Notes under the pieces: generated by a model
Databases searched by the model: none
Seen by the model: the letters and a program-made list of their open reading frames with translations, nothing else
What the model was told of the DNA's origin: nothing
Shown here: piece by piece, positions 37,616 to 49,736 of the stretch
Layout: every line of letters starts with the position of its first letter
Numbering within the stretch: the first letter of the stretch is position 1
NCBI GenBank assembly: GCA_001600815.1
Contig: BCKZ01000035.1
Span: forward strand, 1-64,000
Source: Alloascoidea hylecoeti
Taxonomy: Eukaryota
Direction of reading: 5' to 3'
DNA length: 64,000 nucleotides
Made by a program: the position numbers and the translations under genes

Positions 37616-38683
37616 CTATAATACATTGACACTTAAACTTTTTATTTGTTTAAAAATATCAAGGGCTGTGTTTGTAAGTGGAATAAATTCAATTCCTGAT
37701 TCCCTTTTTGTTTTTTCATTGTTGAACTTACAAAATGTCGATTCAAGCTCCGGTCCACTTCCGGGCTTACCAATTCCAATTGTTTCCGAACGTTGTGGTT
37801 CTTTTTCATGAATAAAATCCAAAGCTGCTTGAGAGGAGAAAACTCCTGAAACAGCAAGCCATCTATTTCCTGCTGCTGATTCGCGTTTCTTTATAGCAAT
37901 AATATGTAATTTAGCAACGTCTCTAACATCAACTGCAATGAAAAGAAAATCCTTTTGTGGTTCTGTATAATCCAATGGTGTTTTGAAAGTTGATCTTAAA
38001 GCTTCATTAGACGTGTTCCATTCGGAGTGTTCCCAAGCTGATTTGAAAACTTGAGGACCAAATACGTAAGGTGGAGCAACAGTCGATAAGGAAAATCCAG
38101 GCTTTTCTGTTTTAATAAAATCCCATGCACCTCTTTCAGCTGCTATTTTAGAATAAGTATAAGGAAGATAAGGATCATTTTTAGCTTCTTGCCAAGTAAG
38201 AGGGTTCCAACATGATTCATCGAAAGTAAAAGTAGGATCGCTCAATTTTGAACTGTTAAGTATAGCAGCGAAAGAAGAAGTAACAACGACATGTTTAACA
38301 TTTGGTCCATACTTTTTAACTGATTTCAGGATACCAATTGTACCATTAACGGCAGGTGATAACATATCTTTATATGAGTCTTTAAAATGATAATGAAAAG
38401 GAGAAGCGGTATGAAGGACAAAATCAAGATCGGAGTGCTTTTTGATAGTTTCGTCAAAAGCATCTGGAACCGCGATATCTGGGACAATTTCAAAAGTCAA
38501 TTTCTTTTCGGAAACATCTAAAGAAGGATATTCTTTTTCAAAATCGGAAATTAACTTATCAGCTTTTTCCTGTGATCTTACTGTTCCAACGACAACGTAT
38601 TCTGGATCTTCTAATAATTGCTTCAAAACATGGAGAGCAATAAAACCAGTTGCACCTGTAAGTAATACTTTAGATATAGCCAT
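37616..38683 (-). CDS. NADPH-dependent methylglyoxal/aldehyde reductase (Gre2/Ari1 family SDR)
   Basis: VLLTGATGFIA, VLHTASPF, VVVTSSFAA, YTYSK catalytic motif, VDVRDVAKLH. Confidence 0.9.
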   Translation of the reverse strand: MAISKVLLTGATGFIALHVLKQLLEDPEYVVVGTVRSQEKADKLISDFEKEYPSLDVSEKKLTFEIVPDIAVPDAFDETIKKHSDLDFVLHTASPFHYHFKDSYKDMLSPAVNGTIGILKSVKKYGPNVKHVVVTSSFAAILNSSKLSDPTFTFDESCWNPLTWQEAKNDPYLPYTYSKIAAERGAWDFIKTEKPGFSLSTVAPPYVFGPQVFKSAWEHSEWNTSNEALRSTFKTPLDYTEPQKDFLFIAVDVRDVAKLHIIAIKKRESAAGNRWLAVSGVFSSQAALDFIHEKEPQRSETIGIGKPGSGPELESTFCKFNNEKTKRESGIEFIPLTNTALDIFKQIKSLSVNVL

Positions 38684-39229
38684 TATATTTGGAAACGATA
38701 TTGCAATTTTAATTGATTATGAGATAATTGTATGATTTGATATCAGAATATATGGCAGGGAATATGTGTTTTTTATATATCTGTAAAAGTTCCTGTATTA
38801 TTAATTAGATATGGGCCATGCTATAAATGATATACAGGATTATAGCATAATGTTTTGGAATATGATCTGGATCTGCTCTGTAAAATGGATATTAATAATT
38901 AATAATAGACAATAAATTTATGCTCAAATAATCTTTCTTAATTCTTGTAAGGAAATAGCGGCTTTATGATTGAATCATAACTTACTACTTGTAGTTATAT
39001 TGTAAAATCAATAGATAAAATCCCCGTTAAACCTCAATTGTAAGGGACTAGCGGTTTTAAGGTATGCCATGGTGCATAATACCTATTTGGTACGGTTCAC
39101 CCAATTGCCAAATTTTAAATCACACAGTACTTCCACTTAATTTAGGCCACTATTATATTCTATATCATGAGTTTTTCAGAAGAGATTTATCAGCAAGAGA
39201 TATAAGGGAATCAAAAAAAAATATCCATA

Positions 39230-39790
39230 TCAAATTTCATTTGAGTAGAGTAAACAAGTTGTATGGATATTAATGGTAAATATTTGGTTTCTGGTTCATT
39301 TGACGGTTTGGGTATAATTTCAGGATTATCAGATTTTAAACCAGTAAATGGTTTGATAACACAGCGAGATTACTATGAATCTATAACTGGTGTCGTTTTA
39401 AATAATAATTATATTCCATTTCAATCCAATTTGGGTTTGGAAATAAAGTCTTGATAATTCTACACATCAACTGCAGTTTAATTTTCAACACCGCGGTAGT
39501 GATATTTGCTTTCAAACTGGTATTGTATTTTGTAGACATTATAAAGGTGTAAAATCATGGAATATTGAAACTGGTCAAAGAATCCAAAGATTTCGATATG
39601 GTAAAACATTTTGCATCGCAGAAAAAGATCTGAAATGATCTAGAACTATTTAAAGAGTTTAAAACATGAAAAATATTTAAGTCCAAGGCAGAAGAGGTGA
39701 GTGTGTGATATTTTCAAATAGATTTCCCGAAACTTTACAATGGACAATCGAAGGTTAATTGAGTTGCTGCATAATAGGTGGATAAAGGTG
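39230..39790 (+). pseudogene. Possible WD40-repeat gene relic
   Basis: Fragments MDINGKYLVSGSFDG and GVKSWNIETGQRIQRF separated by stops and frameshifts. Confidence 0.4.
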
Positions 39791-39910
39791 TTATTATAAT
39801 TATGATTATATGAATATGGATGAGAATTAGAAAATATAAATATTATTGATGAGTGTGTACTATGGAATTTTGGAAGTAGAGATATATCGCTTGCTTATAA
39901 CAGTAGCTAA

Positions 39911-40816
39911 CTATAGTAGTTCAACGTCAGAACCAAAAGCGCACTTGAACAAACTTTCATTATGATAATAAAAGTCATCTTTTAGTCTTTGATTTTCCTT
40001 CGAGTATCCAACTTTTATATTAATATATTTTATGTGCTTATAATTAGGTCTTTCAACATCAAATCTCTGTTCCTTAATATGACAATCGAATAGAATCAGT
40101 TTTCTTAGATCATCAAGGGAATTCATCATGTTTATGAAATTCGAATCAACTTCAAATCCTCTTAAATATAATATTTTTAAATTTGGAAAAATATTTTTCA
40201 TATCAATTGGTATTAAATCATTCAATTTTGCTAATCTTTTTGAAATTATCGAATTTTGTGGCACACCATATTGAGCTAATATAACATCACTAACACAATC
40301 TTGCAACTGTAATAGTTTTTTATATTTGTGATAACGATCATCAATATTTGTTGTTACAACTCCAGCCCTTGATATTAGTTCAAGCTCATTAATGTTTTCG
40401 ATCCGTACCTCTTTTGAAAATTGAAGTGGGAAACCTCGTGTCTCGACACAAATAATACTTATCTTTTTTAAATTCACGCAAAGGTCGCACAAAGTAAAGA
40501 TATCTTTACAATCACTAGATCCTTTTTTATTTCTATAATCGAAATCATATGGATCATATAAGACATATTCCAAAGATCTAATATACTCTCTAAATTGGCT
40601 TGAACATATTTTTGAATTTTGATCGATATCAATTATATCCGAAACTCTATTGTTTTTATTATCAACAATTATAGTTCTGAACAATAGAGTGTTTAATAAT
40701 GTTCGATAACTTTTAGATACCATCGAAGAATTGATTAAGTCTTCTTTATTCAAATTACTTGCCACTTTAAGAATCAATTCAGAAGGAAGTTTCGGTTGAT
40801 GTTGTAACGCTATCAT
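39911..40816 (-). CDS. F-box protein (possible degenerate LRR C-terminus)
   Basis: LPSELILKVASNL..EDLINSSMVSKSYR..LLFRTI; later FPNLKILYL and LRKLILFDC. Confidence 0.75.
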   Translation of the reverse strand: MIALQHQPKLPSELILKVASNLNKEDLINSSMVSKSYRTLLNTLLFRTIIVDNKNNRVSDIIDIDQNSKICSSQFREYIRSLEYVLYDPYDFDYRNKKGSSDCKDIFTLCDLCVNLKKISIICVETRGFPLQFSKEVRIENINELELISRAGVVTTNIDDRYHKYKKLLQLQDCVSDVILAQYGVPQNSIISKRLAKLNDLIPIDMKNIFPNLKILYLRGFEVDSNFINMMNSLDDLRKLILFDCHIKEQRFDVERPNYKHIKYINIKVGYSKENQRLKDDFYYHNESLFKCAFGSDVELL

Positions 40817-41751
40817 AATTTCGGATCCAGTATTAAAAAGAAATCTAAAAAAACAGAGGGAAAAGAGGAGTTTCTATTGTCTCGTGGAGACAAGATTATA
40901 AGACTAACACTGATATATCACCACATAATCCTTGTATATTGAGGATATAATAAAGAAACTAATTATACGTAATTTTTACACCTCTAAATATAAGCTTCAG
41001 TTTATAAATCATTTTTTCTTTGTTTACCGGCAGCAGTTATTTCAAATTGACATCAAAGCATTCAATACTAATTATATCTGATAAATTTAGTGTTGACATA
41101 TTTATAGTGCCTTGAGACAATTTTAGGGTACTTGTAGAACTATAGGATATAGAAGACTATCGATTGCAACTCGTAATTTCGAAGGTTCTTAAATAAAAGA
41201 AACGTGTATTATATATGTGGTCTGTCGCAATAAATAATGTGTGGAAAAAATGTAATATGTTAATGCATATTGATCCTTTGAGAAGTTAGCGTTATTCAGC
41301 ATCAATATGAAATCTCTATAAAAGGAGGCTCATTCTGGAAAGAGTACCAAACAGTCGGTTAATAATAGGTTGTTATTACTTGTGTTTTCGTAATGGGGTT
41401 GTTTTGGAAAAATGATTTAGTTTTGTGGCCTGGTAATTCTTCCAGAATGAGCCGTCGATAAGTCATCGCATATATCAATTATAAGTTTTTATATATTTAT
41501 ACTGTACTGTAGAGCTATTAATGAAGTTGTTTATATTAATATATATATTATTATTACGTATGAATTTATTATTCAGTTTTATATGTATTTCAAAACATCA
41601 AATTTAATAAACTTTACTATATCTGCATGAATGCATACATATACCACTTTTAACTTTAAACCTATATTATTTTGATATATATCTAATATTATTTATATAT
41701 TATTATTCATAGGCACATTAATTATCAATTAAATACTCATTACAATATCAT

Positions 41752-42939
41752 CTAAAGACCGCGTATAAGAATTTCGGTGAAACATTCAATGATACGTAAA
41801 ATCTTTTTAATAAGTGATACAACATCACATAAACAAAAATTAATTTCTTGTAATAAAGTATAAATATATTCAGCAGACCATTTATCTAATGCGTTGAAAA
41901 GATCAGAGATATTAATATCAACGGATTCATCAAATGTAAAGTCGATTGTAATATCTGAAAGAATAGTCTTTCCAGGAATTAGATAGGTATAATAAGTAAC
42001 ATGATTTTGGTAAAGAGATGCTAAAGCAGCTTGAATACCAGCATATACATTTGGTGGTGTTAATGATTCTAATCCATCACAGTTATCTGAAAATGGTGAG
42101 CATACAATAACATCTGAAGCAGTAATTGGTAAAGTGAGACTACTCAAGAAGACTTCTAATCCATGAACATCATAGCCTAATGAAACGGTAGGTAAAGCAG
42201 TAATAATATCAAAGTCATGAGTATGACGAATATAACCAGAAATGATTCCTTTTGCTAAATTATCAAAAGTTAGAGAGGCATTATAAGTTAGATCAATAAA
42301 TTCTGATAGGGCAGAATCTCCAAATCTGGGAGAGCCAAAAGTAATAACAGTTGTATCCAAACCGAGTAGTTCCAATTCTAAACCTATCAATCCTGCAATT
42401 GGACCAGCATAAGAGTGACCTAAGAGAGTAATTTTATAATCTGGGAATTTTAGTTTAATATCAGAAATAGCAGTGTAAACATCGTTCCACACAAGTTTTA
42501 AAGCATCATATGCACCTGAATGTACCTTTGCTGTTCCTTTATATTGTGCACTAAAATTTCCATTAACTGAAGAGTAAGAGACTAGTTCTGAAACCGATTC
42601 TGAAAAATAATCAGATGGGACAGCTAAACTTGAAAGAGATACAATAACTTCATCAGAAAAGCTGTTAAGAAAAACACCAGATGAAATCTTCAAGTCTGAA
42701 GTAGATTTAAAAAAAGAATCTAATTTTATAGAATCAACAATTTGAGATTGAAAAAGAGCATTGCTTGGTACAGCATAGTCAGAGTAGTTAAAACCAACAT
42801 AACTTTTACTTTGAACTTCAGCATAGCCTTGTAAAGCACCAAGAGAGATAGTACCTTGTTCAGATAAAGAGAATGAAGTTTTTGCTAAAGCAGCGGTTGA
42901 AGATAAAGCCAAAGAGGCAACGAGTGTTAAAAGTTTCAT
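41752..42939 (-). CDS. Secreted class-3 lipase-like hydrolase
   Basis: Signal peptide; VHSG, ITLLGHSYAG nucleophile elbow, ITFGSPRFGD, RHTHDFDIITALP, HVTYY. Confidence 0.85.
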   Translation of the reverse strand: MKLLTLVASLALSSTAALAKTSFSLSEQGTISLGALQGYAEVQSKSYVGFNYSDYAVPSNALFQSQIVDSIKLDSFFKSTSDLKISSGVFLNSFSDEVIVSLSSLAVPSDYFSESVSELVSYSSVNGNFSAQYKGTAKVHSGAYDALKLVWNDVYTAISDIKLKFPDYKITLLGHSYAGPIAGLIGLELELLGLDTTVITFGSPRFGDSALSEFIDLTYNASLTFDNLAKGIISGYIRHTHDFDIITALPTVSLGYDVHGLEVFLSSLTLPITASDVIVCSPFSDNCDGLESLTPPNVYAGIQAALASLYQNHVTYYTYLIPGKTILSDITIDFTFDESVDINISDLFNALDKWSAEYIYTLLQEINFCLCDVVSLIKKILRIIECFTEILIRGL

Positions 42940-44393
42940 TATTCAAAGAGATTTTTTTTTTCTAAAGAGAGACTAGAGTGAGATTTGATTTCTATGATGA
43001 GATATGAAAAAAGAAATTATTTATTAGAAGATATTACACGATTTTTATATACTTACTCCTAATATCTTTCATAGAGATAATGAATTCAAATAATATAATC
43101 TTAACTTTAAAGTGGAAAACATCTTATTTACACACATACTGCATATACTTTAAATTTGAATCTGAGTATAATTTATGACAATATATTTGTTTTGAAATTT
43201 TAAATGGTATTTGAGACTATTGTTAAGCAATCTTTTTTATAATTTAAGATAATTAGATTTTAACAAAATTTAAAGGTGTGTATCAAAAACAAGGCATTAG
43301 TATCAAATAAGATTTTGGGGATTTTGATCCATGATATATTTATGAAAGAATTAAAGTTCATTCGCCTCGTGGTATACAACTCAACATAAAAAATCCCTTT
43401 AAATTACTTATTTGGGTATGTTATCGATTAAAAGAAGATATATGCTAATGTCAATCTATTTTCCAAATGTGGTTTCAGAAGAACCACAAATTAAAAAAAA
43501 AGTGTTTAAAAGCCTGGGGTAATGAAAGACAAAGAAATTTAAAAATATATAATTTATCTTAACATTAGTTGAAAAAGGAAGGCTCTCATCTAGAATGCGT
43601 CCATAAAGGGTTCAATTGCAAATAAGTTAACATTGGAGTATAAAAATGATACAATTCTGTAAATAAATTTAAAGTATGATCAACATTACAATTGTATATT
43701 ATCTGCATGTAATTCAGAAATATAAACTTATGATAAATATTCGGATTATAAAACTAATCATAACTATAAAAAATAACACAATTGCAATGTAGTAACTAGT
43801 TCAAATAAAAAGGAGGATATATTGGGGAATATATATATATATATGCAAGCCAATGTTTGATTTAAAATTGATTTCGTTTTATAATTAGCTCTTTCTATAT
43901 GGTACTGGCTACTTAATTATGAATAAAACAAACACAGATGTAATGGTAGTTAACATTATCGCGACACATCAATAGATGGACATGTTTAGTGAGGAGAAAT
44001 ACAGGATAAACATATGGAATAAATATAGAATGCATACAAGTATGATTCTTTTAAGTTTGGGTTTCTTTGATACATAATGTAGCATCATCACTTCAATTGT
44101 GAATATATCGATTTTGAGAGATTCCGGTGAAACCTGATTCTGAAAATGTCTCATATCTAAGTAGTATGTTGGCAACTTAAAAAAGATTCACAATTGACGT
44201 AGATAGTTGCGATTAGAGCCGCGGAATAGAGTTTACGAAAATGCATTCCAGATGGCTTGGCGCCTGCATGCCAAGATACACCCAGACGCCTGGACGATCC
44301 TTCGCCGCCGTGCGGGTAACTCTCACGTGCATCCGTCCAGAAGTGAGACACAAATACGCATGCGGTGCGGTGTGAACGGAAGCTTCTAAGCAT

Positions 44394-47300
44394 ATGCCTT
44401 CCACATCTGACCTCTCTGAACATTTCCCCCCTTTGTGTCTTCCAGCTTGTCTTTTTCCTCCAATGTCCAGTGCAAAGCAGTCTGCTTTAGAAATGGTATC
44501 TTCGCCTACTGCCTGTGAGGTGACCCACGAGTTCAACCCTCAAACCAACCCAATTGATCGGCCTGCCGTGGAAAATGTTAAAGGTCTGCCCACAATTAAG
44601 GGACCTGCTGATCCTCATTTAGAACAGTCCAATTCTTTATTTTTGAGGCTTGAGGTTGGAGATATCATACAGGTTATCAGTAGATCTGAGAATGGCTGGT
44701 GGGATGGTGTTAACCAATCCGGCCAACGTGGTTGGTTTCCTTCCAATTTTACACAACCTCTATCAATGAGAGCCTTATCCTTACGCTCGCCGGAACGGAA
44801 TAGCCTGACGGAGAGCGAAGAAAGTAGCAATAATGGTGCCAGTAGGAAAGGAAGTGCTGTATCATATACTTCAACAAGCTCTTCCGATGTTTTGGGCCCA
44901 GTAAATTCTTTATCGGTTGGCTCCGCAAATACTTTTATACACCCTTCAACGAGTCAAACTACAATCAATACTGAAACAACTGTAAAGCTCCCCTTTTGGA
45001 TCCCACAAACCACTTCTAATGGTGATTTAGTCTTTTATGAACCAATATCCAATCGTTATTCAATTGATTTACCTTTCCAGCCGGTCGTCGAAGATTCTGA
45101 AGTCCCCCACGAAGAAGATTTTGTCCCACCCAAAACCTTCATAGTTCCTAATGATATTACTGAATTGGCTAAATTTTCTTCTCAGGCAAGCCAAGCTGTT
45201 TGTGAGCTTGACTTAAAATATAGTAAATTCTTATTCAATTCTCGTCCATCTTTCATCGATTATGATTTACGACACAGTTCTAAGGATTTAAAGGAGTCAC
45301 GCCTAAAAGATCTTGCAACTGATTCTTCATCATCATTATATATAAATAATAATAATGCCATTAACGATACCAACAATCTTAGTGAACCATTAACTGATTT
45401 TGAACGAGAAAACTCTTATTTATTTGATTTTTATAAAACATCAATTGATATTACCTCATGGTCGACTTTTCAATATAACATTCAAAATATTATAATTAAT
45501 ATTTTAAGCCTTTTTAATAATGATGAAACTTCAAGTTCAGAACTGAAAACAAGTATTATTTCACCTTCGACTTCAATTTTCAATTCAATTTCAAATATTA
45601 CTTTAAACCAAGATTCAACTTCAAATTTAAATTTGGATCCAGATTCAACTTCAAATGCAACCTTCGAAAATAACTCCTTTATAATGAATAATGAATCATT
45701 AAAGAATTTTAGATTACTTATGACCACATTATCAAGGTATATTTCAATTATTTATTCAACTATTACACAATATGAACAATCAATGAAAGATGAAAAAGAT
45801 TTAGAATATTCTAAACAACAACAATTAAATGATGTTTTGAAAACATTAGATAAATTACCATTACTTTGTGCTAGAATTGGAATAAATGGGGATTTATATT
45901 TCCATATCGGGGATCAAAAAAATGACAATTCTACTGAGAATAAAGATGATAGTAACAAGGATAATCATGATGATAATGAGAATAGGAATAAAAATGGAGA
46001 AAATAATGAAGAAAAAAGTTATCATGAACAGATTGAAGTTGCTTGTGAATTATTAAAGAATTATATAGATTTATTTTTCATACAATATAAAGCGGTGAAA
46101 AGTTCAATGAATTCAAGAAATACAAGAAGTTCAAAAAATACAAAATCTCTAAGTCGCTCAAAAAGTAAAACAATTTCAAATTCAGCACCAATTCCAATTC
46201 CACCTTTAACTTCAACCTCATCTTCAGCTTCAAATGTAAATTTCAATACTAATCCAAAAGCCCCATTATCCTCATCAATCTCATCATTACCTATACAAAC
46301 AACTGAAAATGATCCTTCAAAAAGTCCAACAGCCATCGCTACTTCAGTTTCAAAACCACAACTATCATCATCAGTTCCTTCATTATCACCTCAAAATACT
46401 GGTAATAATTTAATAAGAACTACATTTCAAACAACAACACCTAGACATCCGTCAAATCCTGAGGACAATATGCCGAGATTTGTATTGAATTTTGAAGAAG
46501 AGTTTAATGGTGGGAATTGGAACAATCCATTTAAAGAACCTATTGATAATAATCATAAAAGGACAAGTAGTATTATTAATAAAGAAAATAATGGGAAAGT
46601 TCAGTTTGATCAAGATCTTTTAATAATTATAAATAGACAAAAACAACTTGTTAATGGTATTGTTGAACAAATTAAACAAGTATTAGAAAGAAAAGAAACA
46701 TTTATCATGCCAGAAGAACCAGAACTAGAAGAAAGAGAAACTGAAACTTCAGATAATTTATCTGAAGAAAAACAACAATCACAAAATGATCATAAAAATG
46801 ATAAATTATCATTAGAAGAACAAAATTCAATGATCCTATCAACAGTTCATGCAGTTTTAAATACATTAAGTGGAATTATAAATATGCTTGAATCAATTGA
46901 TTTTAATGTATTTCGATTGATGAATAAACATGCCTGTGAAATTAATCCAGATACAACAGCAGATGTACCAATTGATCCAGCATTACCATGTTCTCATGAT
47001 AATTATCTTGCAAATATGTTTAAATATTCAAAACCATTACTTCATGAATTTTTTGAATTAAAACAAGAATTATATACTTGTGCTATGGATTTAGTGATTA
47101 CGGCACAAATGAATACGATGATTGAACACCAAGAAGATGTTTTTAAAATGAATAGATTACCTAGTATTACGGAAGGTGTTGAGAATGTTATAACTTCTTC
47201 ATCATTATATAATAATGATGATGATAATATTGATAATGATTCACGTTTAATGCATCATAATTTTGATCGAAATTATAATGGTGTTTTATTAGATAATATT

Positions 47301-49001
47301 AATAAATTACAACATAATATTAATAAAACACATCATGTTTTAATTGGTTTAGTTGAAGATAATGAAAATATAATAAATTTCATGACAAGAATTATGAATA
47401 TTCAAGATTATTCAGAATTAATTGGAAAAGAAACAAAACAAGAACAAATTGAAAATGATCAAGAAGAATATTTAGATTCAACAAAAATTATACCAAAAAT
47501 TAAATCATCATCTGATTTACCATGGTATTTAGAACCAGAATATGAAAAATTATTATTATTTGATAAAACTGGCTCATATGTTAAAACAGGTCCAATTATT
47601 GCACTTATAGAAAGATTAACTCATCATGATTTTTTAGATTCAGATTTTAATAATGCAATGTTATTAACTATTAGAAGTATATTAGAACCAACTGATTTTT
47701 TCAATTCATTAGTTGCAAGATTTTCAATTCAACCACCTGAAGGATTATCATTTGAAGAATATGAAAATTGGAAAACAAGAAAGCAAAAACCAATTAGATT
47801 AAGAGTTATTAATATTTTAAGATCATGGTTAGAAAATTATTGGTTTTCATCATTTATATCAGAAGAAGATAAAAATGGTAAACCTTTAATTTCATCAATT
47901 CATGAATTTATTAAACCTTTGGCTGATCAAAAATTTCCTGCAGCAAAAACTGTTTTAAAAACAACAGAATCAAAAATGGTTTGTTCTGGTCAAGGAGAAG
48001 AATGTGGAGTTAAAAATCACGTTGTAATGTCTGGACCATTTGAACAGTTACCACCTGCTCCATTATTACCAAAAAATTTAAAACGTATTAAACTTTTAGA
48101 TATTGATCCTTTAGAAATGGGTAGACAATTAGCAATACGTGATGCAGGATTATTTTCTAAAATAACTCAACAAGAATGTCTTATAAGATGTTGGGGTAAT
48201 AAATATGGAAATTTAGGAGAATCTAAAATAATCACTGAATTTATTAGTAATTCAAATAAATTAACAAATTGGGTTTCATATATGATTTTAAGACAAAAAG
48301 ATTTAAGAAAAAGAGTTGCAGTTATTAGGTATTTTGTTCAAACTGCGGAAAAATGTCGTCGTTATAATAATTTTAGTAGTATGACTGCTATAATATCAGC
48401 ATTATATTCATCATCAATACATCGATTAAAGAAAACTTGGGCACATTTATCATTAAAATCAAAAGAAAGTTTAGAAAGTATGAATAAATTAATGAATTCA
48501 TCAAGAAATTTCAATGAATATAGAGATTTATTACATTTAATTCATCCACCAATGGTGCCATTTTTTGGAGTTTATTTAACTGATTTAACATTTGTTGAAC
48601 ATGGTAATAATGATTTTTATCAAGGAAATACAAATATTATTAATTTTGCTAAACGATTTAAAGTATTTGAAATTATAAGAGATATAAATCAATATCAAAC
48701 AAGTAGATATAATCTTCAAGTATTAGTTGAAGTGCAAGAATATCTAAATCAAGCATTTAGAGCAACTCCTCCTCCTGAAGAACAATATGAAATGAGTATA
48801 GCAATTGAACCACGAGAAAGATCTGGATCTGCTGTAACTTCTTCAGCCGCTACTACAACTAATAACCATGGTCATGGTCATGGTCATGAATTTAATTTAC
48901 ATAGAAGAAATACAGAAAAGGGAAAGCATAGAAGTAGCTCGGCAGGATTTTTAGTTGGACATCATCATGGATCATATGGAAATCTATCAAACTTGATGTA
49001 A
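44394..49001 (+). CDS. CDC25: Ras guanine-nucleotide exchange factor (SH3 + REM + CDC25 domain); start may be 44463
   Basis: SH3 GDIIQVISRSENGWWDG..RGWFPSNF; REM ALIERLT..IRLRVINILRSWLE; GEF NNFSSMTAIISAL, VPFFGVYLTDLTF, INFAKR. Confidence 0.9.
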   Translation: MPSTSDLSEHFPPLCLPACLFPPMSSAKQSALEMVSSPTACEVTHEFNPQTNPIDRPAVENVKGLPTIKGPADPHLEQSNSLFLRLEVGDIIQVISRSENGWWDGVNQSGQRGWFPSNFTQPLSMRALSLRSPERNSLTESEESSNNGASRKGSAVSYTSTSSSDVLGPVNSLSVGSANTFIHPSTSQTTINTETTVKLPFWIPQTTSNGDLVFYEPISNRYSIDLPFQPVVEDSEVPHEEDFVPPKTFIVPNDITELAKFSSQASQAVCELDLKYSKFLFNSRPSFIDYDLRHSSKDLKESRLKDLATDSSSSLYINNNNAINDTNNLSEPLTDFERENSYLFDFYKTSIDITSWSTFQYNIQNIIINILSLFNNDETSSSELKTSIISPSTSIFNSISNITLNQDSTSNLNLDPDSTSNATFENNSFIMNNESLKNFRLLMTTLSRYISIIYSTITQYEQSMKDEKDLEYSKQQQLNDVLKTLDKLPLLCARIGINGDLYFHIGDQKNDNSTENKDDSNKDNHDDNENRNKNGENNEEKSYHEQIEVACELLKNYIDLFFIQYKAVKSSMNSRNTRSSKNTKSLSRSKSKTISNSAPIPIPPLTSTSSSASNVNFNTNPKAPLSSSISSLPIQTTENDPSKSPTAIATSVSKPQLSSSVPSLSPQNTGNNLIRTTFQTTTPRHPSNPEDNMPRFVLNFEEEFNGGNWNNPFKEPIDNNHKRTSSIINKENNGKVQFDQDLLIIINRQKQLVNGIVEQIKQVLERKETFIMPEEPELEERETETSDNLSEEKQQSQNDHKNDKLSLEEQNSMILSTVHAVLNTLSGIINMLESIDFNVFRLMNKHACEINPDTTADVPIDPALPCSHDNYLANMFKYSKPLLHEFFELKQELYTCAMDLVITAQMNTMIEHQEDVFKMNRLPSITEGVENVITSSSLYNNDDDNIDNDSRLMHHNFDRNYNGVLLDNINKLQHNINKTHHVLIGLVEDNENIINFMTRIMNIQDYSELIGKETKQEQIENDQEEYLDSTKIIPKIKSSSDLPWYLEPEYEKLLLFDKTGSYVKTGPIIALIERLTHHDFLDSDFNNAMLLTIRSILEPTDFFNSLVARFSIQPPEGLSFEEYENWKTRKQKPIRLRVINILRSWLENYWFSSFISEEDKNGKPLISSIHEFIKPLADQKFPAAKTVLKTTESKMVCSGQGEECGVKNHVVMSGPFEQLPPAPLLPKNLKRIKLLDIDPLEMGRQLAIRDAGLFSKITQQECLIRCWGNKYGNLGESKIITEFISNSNKLTNWVSYMILRQKDLRKRVAVIRYFVQTAEKCRRYNNFSSMTAIISALYSSSIHRLKKTWAHLSLKSKESLESMNKLMNSSRNFNEYRDLLHLIHPPMVPFFGVYLTDLTFVEHGNNDFYQGNTNIINFAKRFKVFEIIRDINQYQTSRYNLQVLVEVQEYLNQAFRATPPPEEQYEMSIAIEPRERSGSAVTSSAATTTNNHGHGHGHEFNLHRRNTEKGKHRSSSAGFLVGHHHGSYGNLSNLM

Positions 49002-49736
49002 TATGAAAATAATGAAAAATAGAGCTTGTTATTATAAGTATATTAATAGAATAGAATAAAGATATCATGACTAGTATAATAGGGATGAATTGTATAAAAT
49101 TAAGGTAGGACATTTTTTTATAAAGTAATTTTTTGAGGTTTTTTGTCTTATTACAATATAGATCTAGATACTTTAAAATTTACATTTTTTTGTTAATATA
49201 TTGTTGATATAGGCACGCCTAACTTTAATATAGGGCTATAAGGATCTTATATAGAATCGCAAAGTTGATAAATGCTAAATATTAATGATTTAATATTACA
49301 CATGTTCTGAAAAAGAGGAGATTTAATAAATGCATTTGTAGTTTCATCACTTAATCTAGATTGTGGCTTGTTTCCAGCTCAAATGTTCTAAAATGTAACT
49401 TTAATACTTCTTTGTGTATTTCTGCCATATAATTTTAATAAGTCAAAGGTAACATTTCAATACAACATCAATGGGTAAAATTTATACAGAATATAATCTA
49501 TATTTACTACAATTCCTGATTCATAGGGATTTAAATTTCATTTTGACAATTGAAGAATTGGTGAAGAAGATAAATCAATCTGAGAGTCACATGACTCGTA
49601 CTCAGGAACACCCGTACGCCCATACTTCAAAAAGGATGCAGCCTTCACGACGAAACAATCAAACACCCTTTCAGAATTCACCCTTTTTTTCTTACTTTCT
49701 TCCTTCCTGTTCATTTCTTTTTATGTTACTCTTGTG

